The position numbers were made by a program, and so were the translations under genes. A DNA stretch of 63,999 nt, filler included, from Streblomastix strix (taxonomy: Eukaryota), in the NCBI GenBank assembly GCA_008636045.1. It is 4 parts of 4 records of this genome, joined end to end, with 100 filler letters (N's around TTAATTAATTAA, not from the genome) between each part and the next. Parts side by side here need not be neighbours in the genome. Positions count along the whole stretch, not along the records: positions 48,155 to 63,999 come from SNRW01000922.1; 3 more parts are not named here. One strand, written 5' to 3'. The number at the start of each line of letters is the position of its first letter. The stretch's first letter is position 1. Under the pieces are notes generated by a model. That model made no database searches and had not been told where the DNA came from. It worked only from the letters and a program-made list of their open reading frames with translations. This document shows, in pieces, positions 56,237 to 63,999 of the stretch.

Positions 56237-57460
56237 TGACTCCATAATTACTTTATTAATGAGATTATTTATGTAAGTTATTCAGGAATAGATTGTGAAC
56301 GTACGGATATTATGAAGATAACACCATAAAATTTAGAATTAATTATTAGAAATAAACAGATTCAATTGGCAACTGATAGACCTGCAAGACGCTATTCGAG
56401 ATATAATCAGTTACATTTTACGATAATTCTATGCTAGAAGAATAAAAAACCAAATAATTAATCAGCAATTCATTATTCTTAATCTATGAGAATCATTATA
56501 TTGTTCATGATGTAGATTCAGGGAAAACAACATTATTAAGTAAATTAATTGTAATATACAAATAAAGAATTAATCGTTTCATTTTATATTTCTCCAACTT
56601 TGGTGCTGATGAGACTATGGCATTGAATCTAAACTCGAAGAATATCGTGTTAACCAACATAACATATGAGGAAGCAATATATTTCTAAACATAATTTGAT
56701 CTTATCAAATATTCGGTTAAAGAAGTCTATATTAATTAGAAATTACGCGAACTAAACATATCTTACAAATCAGATTATTTATAAAGAATGAAAGAAAAAA
56801 ATATTCAAAATAATCAAATTAAAGAAATTACAACTCGTCTTGCATCCGCATCAATCGAGAAATAAATGAAAAAACCAAAAGATTATGCAAGACGAATTGC
56901 TTAGATATTTGAATAAGAATGTATAGATAAAATAACGAAATATTGTGTTCCGGCAATGATTATGAAATTTACTATTCCAGCAATCATTAATTGTTTGTAT
57001 TTCGAGAGGAAATTATCCATTTCATAAGATAACGAAGATGCTGTGTTTAAAATAACAAAATTCCTATAATATTTCATAGCTCACTGCTGAATTCGCTGTT
57101 ATTTTCTAATGATATTCGAAGCAATGCTGATATATAAAGATTCTTTTCTGGTTTAGCTAAGACAATAACTCACTTAGTTTCCGAAAGTAGACATAGCTAA
57201 AATATTGTTTTCTTTGTTGCTTAACGCCCAAATTACTTGTTCAAAACAGCAAAAATATTATCACACGTAATATGTTCGAGTGTTAATCTTAGCGAAAGAG
57301 ATTTAAAGCAAGCATATGAAGAAAATTCTATTCGGAATCCGGATTTTGATAAATTTATGTTAGTGCAAGGTACTCTTACCAAGTATGAATTCACAGTGCT
57401 TAATAAGTGGTTGAGTAAATATATATCTTAAAGAATGAATGAAAATTTACACATTATGTT
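56237..57460 (+). pseudogene. A32/FtsK-HerA-like packaging ATPase with a long insertion between Walker A and B
   Basis: SGKTTLLSKL (Walker A), LLFSND (degenerate Walker B), ESRHSQ (Arg finger), FFVAQ(TAA)RP (Gln sensor). Frameshifted. Confidence 0.75.
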
Positions 57461-57699
57461 TCCCTTTTGTATGACTTCCAAATGACGTTGGCTAAAACTT
57501 TGAGTTAACAACAGATATAAGTAATATGATCTTTTATATAATCTAATTTCTAATATTTGATATAATATTCAAAGAAATCATCAATTGCAAGTAGATAATT
57601 ATCAGGAAGTGAATATTAATTGAAAATTGATGATTAAAACTCATTAATATATGCAATAATAGGCAATGTTTTGAATTAAGCAATGAAACTAGATACTAA

Positions 57700-59700
57700 T
57701 GGCGTTATGCCATTAAAAATATAATTTTATTAAATAATGAATTCATAGGTAAAATTACTACATTTGAATAAAAAGTTAATGTATTATAATAGACATTGGA
57801 AATTGTAAAATAAGATATTAATGGTTTGAAAAAATAAATTAATGTGAATAAATGAAGAACTTAATAAATAATCTCATTTTAGAGGATACTATTTATTGAA
57901 CAAAGATATATAATAATTAGAAAATTCTGCCTATGGTAATTTTGCTTTCTCAGCTGAAAGTGGTACTGTATGGATGTATGATAACTGTTGGTATAACAGT
58001 GGAGATATAGTTCCTGATCAAGTAACTCCGGCAAGTGATGCTAAAACATTAGTTGATAGTGGAACTGAAGTTACAGGAACCTCAACTGAGTTTTTTAGAG
58101 GAGATCATTCACATCCTCTATAAATATCTACTGTATTACCAAATAAAGATACATCAGTTGGTACTGTTGGATAAGCTAGTACCTATGCTATATCTGACCA
58201 TTAACATCCAATTTGGACTGCAGATACTAATCAAATTAGTGATAAAGTAGATGGATCATATGGTACAGTTGAATCATAAGCTCGAAACGATCACTCTCAT
58301 TCTATTAATGTCTAAACTAATGCTTCAATTGTATCTATAGTTAATGGAGTTGGAAATAATAGTACTTCAGTATATTATTCAAGACATGAACACATTCATC
58401 CGTAATAATTGACTTATGACGGAAATGTTACTGCAACTAAATTCATTAAATCTGAAGGATTAGCAACAGAAATTTTTTACGCTAATGGTGATATAAACAC
58501 AATAGATAGTAAATTTTCAAGAACATTTAACGCAAGCGCAGGTGGATGGGTTAGATTAAGTTTATTTCCTGCTGGAGCAAGTGTAGGTAATCCATTCATT
58601 GAATTTAAAATATATACAATGTATAATGCTGTTCAAACCATCAGATTGGTGTCTTATTATACCGTTAATGGAATCAATACTATATATGGCATATTTACAG
58701 CTCCAACTAAGGATAGTGCTAAATATGTTATAGAAAGTGGAGTAAGTTAGCTATTTCACACTCAAACTGCATCAAGTACATCAGCTATTTATTCAGCATA
58801 TGTTAGAATAGAATCAACTAATTCCCTTACGATAGTTGTATCTGATTAAAGCACCTATTATACAAATAGAATCATGTAAATATTAATATAAGATGTAGTT
58901 ACTAGAGTATCAAGCGGTACATTAAAACGAATTACTTATGATTTAGTTAATGGTGGAATAATAAATAATATGCTATAAATTAATACAATAGATCGATCTT
59001 AAACTACATATAATAATAGTATTAGATTCGAAAATGACAATAGTGATACAACATCTGCATTATTGTTAGGATGTGCAACTACAGTTATAAATACTGCTCA
59101 AGTCTGTCAATGGGAAATATGTAAAACAAGTGATAGTGCATTGACAATTAATCCATCATTTCCACAATAAGTTGATCAAAGTGTTGGATTAAGTATTAAT
59201 AGTGATAGTTCAATAATAAAATTTAATGGTAATGAATTAATGAATATTGGAACTGATTAAACAATTTCTGTTAGAAAGGCATTCAAAAATTACTAGTTTG
59301 AGATATGACCAACTAATTTAAACTATCCAATAATTTTATTCAGTAACATTCTGATTCTAAATTAGTCACTAATTATGTTAAAAATGCTGGTATATCTTCT
59401 TCTTTGCTGGTGTTACTTGTGGTAATATTCAAACAAATCCTACAATAGTATTATATGGCGAAAAACTATGAATAGCAAACATTGCTATTAATAGTCTTTG
59501 TGCGATATATATTGGAATTTCTCCTATCAGTTCATCTGGTTAGATTGTTATTGATTGTTGTGTTAAAGTTAATTCTGATCTTATGAATCTCAGTAATAGC
59601 ATTTAATTTATAAGTTCCATCACTATTAACTGATTATTCATAGAATTTTCGTGAAGGAGATGATGTTAAGTTATGTTCTATTTCAAGATAGTCCTAATTC
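57700..59700 (+). pseudogene. Phage tail fibre-like protein with HxH repeats; main open frame ~57870-59308
   Basis: Coiled-coil-like N-terminus, then RGDHSHP, ISDHQHP, RNDHSHS, SRHEHIHP, followed by DGNVTATKFIKSEG and beta-rich domains. Confidence 0.7.
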
Positions 59701-60426
59701 AGATAATAAGTAAAATTAATAGGCACATTGTGTAGAGAATTAACTTAGAATGAACTACAACCACTAGAAATAGATGTTTTCCATTAAATATAGTCGGAAT
59801 TGGAGTTAGAATAGATGATATGCAATTGTAAAGATGACATTTCAGTAATTTCAAAAACAAATTTATCATCACTCATCACTTCAGGCAAAGCCTTCAGCAA
59901 CAAAGTTGCTTTTCATTGAGAAATTATATATGTTTCAACGATGCTTCTTATCCACTAACATCTTATGCAAGCTTAATTATATCCTTAAATTATTCCATCT
60001 TAAAATGCTTATTATATTATTTTAAGATGAATCTTAAATCAATTTCAGGATCTGATTTAGTGGCAAAACAAAATATTGAATTTAAGAAATTAGAATAAAC
60101 AAGAAATTCCTCAACTGTTATATGCATTTAACGTTTCGATGAATAAAAATTTAACAATATTATTCACGAAGAATTTTTACCCAACAATGTAATAATTTAC
60201 TCAGCAAGCAATTTGCAAGATGAAACGAGAATAAAACTATCTCATGTAATTGGTTATTTGGTTAATATCGGCAAACTGCGTTTGATACAACTAACGTTGT
60301 GTTTGTTTATAATTAAAACAAATGCAAAAGAAAAGGAAAAAGAAACATTTATTCGCTGAATCAAGTGATTTCTTATAGGAGCATCTAAGCAATCCTTAAT
60401 AGAGATAACAAATATAATCAAAAAAA

Positions 60427-61260
60427 TGGATAAAGATAAATAAATAAGTAGAAATGCGATCCTACAATAGTGTCAAAAATACTTACTATAATGTTAGCTA
60501 TTTGAAGAAAATTAAGGAAAGGAATGTCAGAAGCAGAAAAACGTGCATTTGAAAAAAAAATTCGTAGAACAAATACGTCAATAAGACCAATTGATGCAAT
60601 TGCTGCAGTGTTGGGATTAACAGATTGCAGAGCGCGTCGAATAGTTTCGATGCAGGTTTTCCCAACAATTTATTGTAAGATTTATACGAGACTGACATCA
60701 GGATAAACAGCGAAGGAAGATTAGTATAAGAAAATTTTGTGGAAAATGCTGTAGATATGAGGAAAACATTAATGCTAGAATAAATTAACCATCCATGAAT
60801 TTAAGATCACGAAGACCAGTTGTAACAAAAGAATAATAATTAAACTAGCTTGTGAACTTTGGAAGTCCAAGACAGAAAGAATAAGAAAGATAATTGCTAA
60901 ATCAACAATTTTCTACAGAATCTTAAGAAGATCTTGGAAAAACTTCAATGTTTTAATAATAACCTCCAGAAATAACAGTTGCATAAGAAAAGTTAACTGA
61001 AAAATAACATAAAGCAATTTAGAAAGATATTCTTAAATAAGAAAATTAGAATACATTCGATGATATTGGTGCTTTAGACTAGGGTGGACCACCAATCATC
61101 GATATTTACAATAGATATCCTTGTGAAACCCATAAAATAAGCTATAAATGCGATGCATTAGAAAATCCATTAGCGGGTATGAAGATAGATACTCCAGTCG
61201 GAATTAAGAAACAAACAAAAATGAAGATAAACTACATTCAAACGTCATAGTTAATATCTT
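60427..61260 (+). pseudogene. Hypothetical viral ORF(s)
   Basis: MSEAEKRAFEKKIRRTNTSIRPIDAIAAVLGL.. and later DDIGALDQGGPPIIDIYNRYP..; intronless and frameshifted. Confidence 0.4.
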
Positions 61261-61375
61261 CATCAACTGCAAATGAGAAATTTGCATAAAATCTATCTGG
61301 AATACCCAAAAATAGAAAGTTAAAAAATGAAAAAAGAAACTCCCAAACTTTCCCGTTAAAAAACCAATCTGCATT

Positions 61376-63733
61376 ATGGGTGTTTTTTTTTGCGGAAAAA
61401 AGTCCATTTTTCCGCAGATTCAAAATATTGAGTTGCGGAAATCCCCATAAAAAATTTTTAAAAAAAAATAAAAAATTTTGTTTTAAATAATTTGTTTAAA
61501 ATATGTTATTTTTCTAATAAAATAATTATTATTATGTGAAATATAAGAATGAATATTTGTTTTTTTATGTGAATGCTGAAATTGAAAAAAATATTTTACA
61601 TCCATTTATCACCTAATAGATACAATTTTTGTTTTGAAAAAATATATTATTTTAAGTTTAACAATCATTTTATAATATTTTGATAAATTTTATTCATATT
61701 TTTCTGCTTAAAATCACATCATAAATTTGTGTACTTTATATTAACATGGTTGTCATATACTTATTATAATTAAATAATAAATTTAGTTTAATTCAACGAT
61801 TGAGTTATTAATTTTATTTAAAATTTGAAATATTTTCATAGATTAAAATAATTTATTTTTAAATTTATAACAATTCAATACAATTTAATTATTTTTATTA
61901 ATTTTATAAATGTTTAATAAAATTTAATTAGAAACTACTGAAAATTTCCAAATACTAACAATAAAGAGAAAACGCGATCCTCCATTGTAGCCAGTTCGAG
62001 TATAAAAGAAGGAATGTTTAAATCTTTGGAATTATTATTCTACTTTATACAAAAGAGATTAAAATTGTATAATTTATTTTTAGTTTCTCATTATTTGACA
62101 ATTTTATTTTTTAGTATGCATTCTTAAGCCATCTACAAGTAGATAATAACAATTCTAACTAAAAAAAACCCATTTTTCGTCATTTTAAATTAATTTATTT
62201 AAATTATATATATTATTTTAATTTGAATTTTTTTCAAATTATATTATTAATAATAATAAAAATATATAATTCTTAAATATTCATGAATTTATAAATATTT
62301 TAATTTATTGATTTAATAAAAATAAATATTAAGTCATAATATTCATTAAAACTAAAAAATTCTAATAAAATTATGTTTAAATGAAACCAATCTTGAAAAA
62401 AATAATTTTGAAACAAGTTCGAATTTTCATTATTACTTTGAATCTACAAATAATATTGAAAACAATTAATATAAATTAATATAAATTATATTATAATATG
62501 TTCATTAAAAGATAAAAAATATCAAACCAGATTCATTCCAGTGTTTGTTTCGATCAACATGAAATTCATGTAACTATCTTTTGTACAAAAATTCTCCAAA
62601 TTTATCAATGTTAATTAAATTTCTTCTTAATTTTGCTAAATCAGATACACTTGCCACATATGAAGTCAGTTATCGTGATAATTTCTTTGTTGTTATCCGG
62701 TTCTCGACATCTTAAGCAAATTGTTCATATTACAATATAAGGAAAGGTGTACATGTATTCTAATTAGTATATCAAAAATAAGTAAAGAATCTCTAAAAAA
62801 ATATTTTAGCAAACATCAATATCAAAGCAAAATATTTTCACTTGATGCTCAAAAAATGAAGATTTGTTTTCGTAACCTTTCATCTGTGCAGCATCTACTA
62901 ATATATATGAAAGAAATCCACTGATTTAGTCTATCGTACTAGGCGCAGGCCCTCCACCACATGATCCTTTTGTATGATTTTACTAATTCTATCTTTGATA
63001 ATTACTATTCTGTTGTTATTATCGACTACTTGGTTGACTGCTTAGACGAATATTCTATAGCGTTTATCTATTACCATGCTATGTTAACTACCTTGGCGAT
63101 TGATATAATAGTTTTACAGTCACAATATAAACGCTGAATATATCTGAAGTAAAATTATTCCAATATCATAAAAAATATATTCAAATTAAAATCAAATATC
63201 TATAATAATGAAATTATTAATTGAAAATTAATTAAAAATCTATTAAAATTATGTAATAACGAAATAATGAATTGGATTATTATTTTTTTTTATTTTGCAT
63301 TTTTACATTTATAAAATAGGTACAATGAAAAAAATACAACAAAAAATTGTTAATATATTTTGTAAAAGATTAAACATTGAGTTGCCATTATTATTTAAAC
63401 AGAAATTAGTGGAAAAATACAGTTTTAAAAAATAAAGTAAATTTTTGAGTAGTTGTAATAATAAATAGATTTATCGAGTAAATATATCTTAATATATAAT
63501 AATATTAATTTAATTTTATGAACAGATTTAAACATATACTAATAGGTCTTTGAATTTTAATTAGAATTTAAAAAAGCCTTAATTCTAGAAGCAGCAAGTG
63601 CGGATAAAAATAAATGTAAAATTTCGGGTAAATATATATTATATAATAATATTTTGTAGTTAGATTTAATCCGCATTTCCTTTTGCGGATCCGCTCGCAA
63701 TTGCCAAATTTTTTCCCGCAAAAAAACACCCCT
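61376..63733. mobile_element. Mutator-like (MULE) DNA transposon, internally deleted
   Basis: TIRs ATGGGTGTTTTTTTTTGCGGAAAA / TTTTCCCGCAAAAAAACACCCCT and a perfect 10-bp TSD AATCTGCATT at 61366-61375 and 63734-63743. Confidence 0.85.
62510..63145 (-). pseudogene. MULE transposase fragment
   Basis: LYCDCKTIISIAKVVNIAW, SVDFFHIYQQMLHR and FGEFLYKRQLHEF..HWN resemble the MULE D..(C/D)xFH..Q core. Disrupted. Confidence 0.55.
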
Positions 63734-63999
63734 AATCTGCATTATGAAATACAAAAATTCATAACTATTATTTTTGAAAATCTATTTTAAAATAGTAACT
63801 CCAAAAACACTAATTTTAGAAACGAAATCTTAAAAATATCATATAGTCCTTAAATTTTGGAACATGCTTGGTATTTTGTTATATCGGCCAATATCCCTCG
63901 ATCCCTTTCTAAATTTCACCTACTCCTCATCAGGCTCATCAGTTACTACCACATCCTTTAATTCCGATTTTCATCATCCCTATTACCGTTTATCCCCAA

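Larger units (their letters stand above)
48478..61375. mobile_element. Endogenous Polinton/Maverick-like virus (primase-polymerase, pPolB, rve integrase, A32 ATPase, fibre, unknown ORFs), decayed
   Basis: Hallmark Polinton gene set, intronless and tightly packed. Left side interrupted by a repeat, right side by a MULE; TIRs not visible. Confidence 0.88.

Noticed and set aside
57700..59700. Bacterial prophage or symbiont contamination
   Set aside because: The fibre ORF needs TAR=Gln and sits among Polinton hallmark genes next to a eukaryotic MULE.
23424..61375. Treating the contig-2 capsid module and contig-4 replication module as one virus genome
   Set aside because: They lie on unrelated contigs and each has its own, dissimilar ATPase and fibre.

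Overview
Very AT-rich eukaryotic DNA with GT-AG introns and a non-standard code. TAA/TAG read as Gln and TGA is the only stop: conserved Gln residues of a calpain and of two packaging ATPases are encoded by TAA. This fits an oxymonad such as Streblomastix strix (inference), and it makes the supplied standard-code ORF track largely misleading. The window is four unrelated ~15.9 kb contigs joined by artificial 100-nt linkers (N44-TTAATTAATTAA-N44). Host genes include a pseudokinase with tandem ARM-like repeats, a CDC48 pseudogene fragment, IPK1, an exosome RNase PH subunit, an ARM-like protein, a calpain-7-like protease, a CK1/TTBK-like pseudokinase with a long Q/N tail and a PHO80-like cyclin. 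The most notable content is decayed endogenous Polinton/Maverick-like DNA viruses on three of the four contigs, all written in the host's TAR=Gln code. Contig 4 has a primase-polymerase, protein-primed PolB, an rve integrase with a D-D-D triad, an A32-like ATPase and a phage-like fibre with HxH repeats. Contig 2 has an ATPase, a putative major capsid protein and fibre genes. Contig 1 has another pPolB fragment. A MULE transposon with TIRs and a 10-bp TSD and other TE remnants are also present. All calls come from manual translation and motif recognition; no database search was run.
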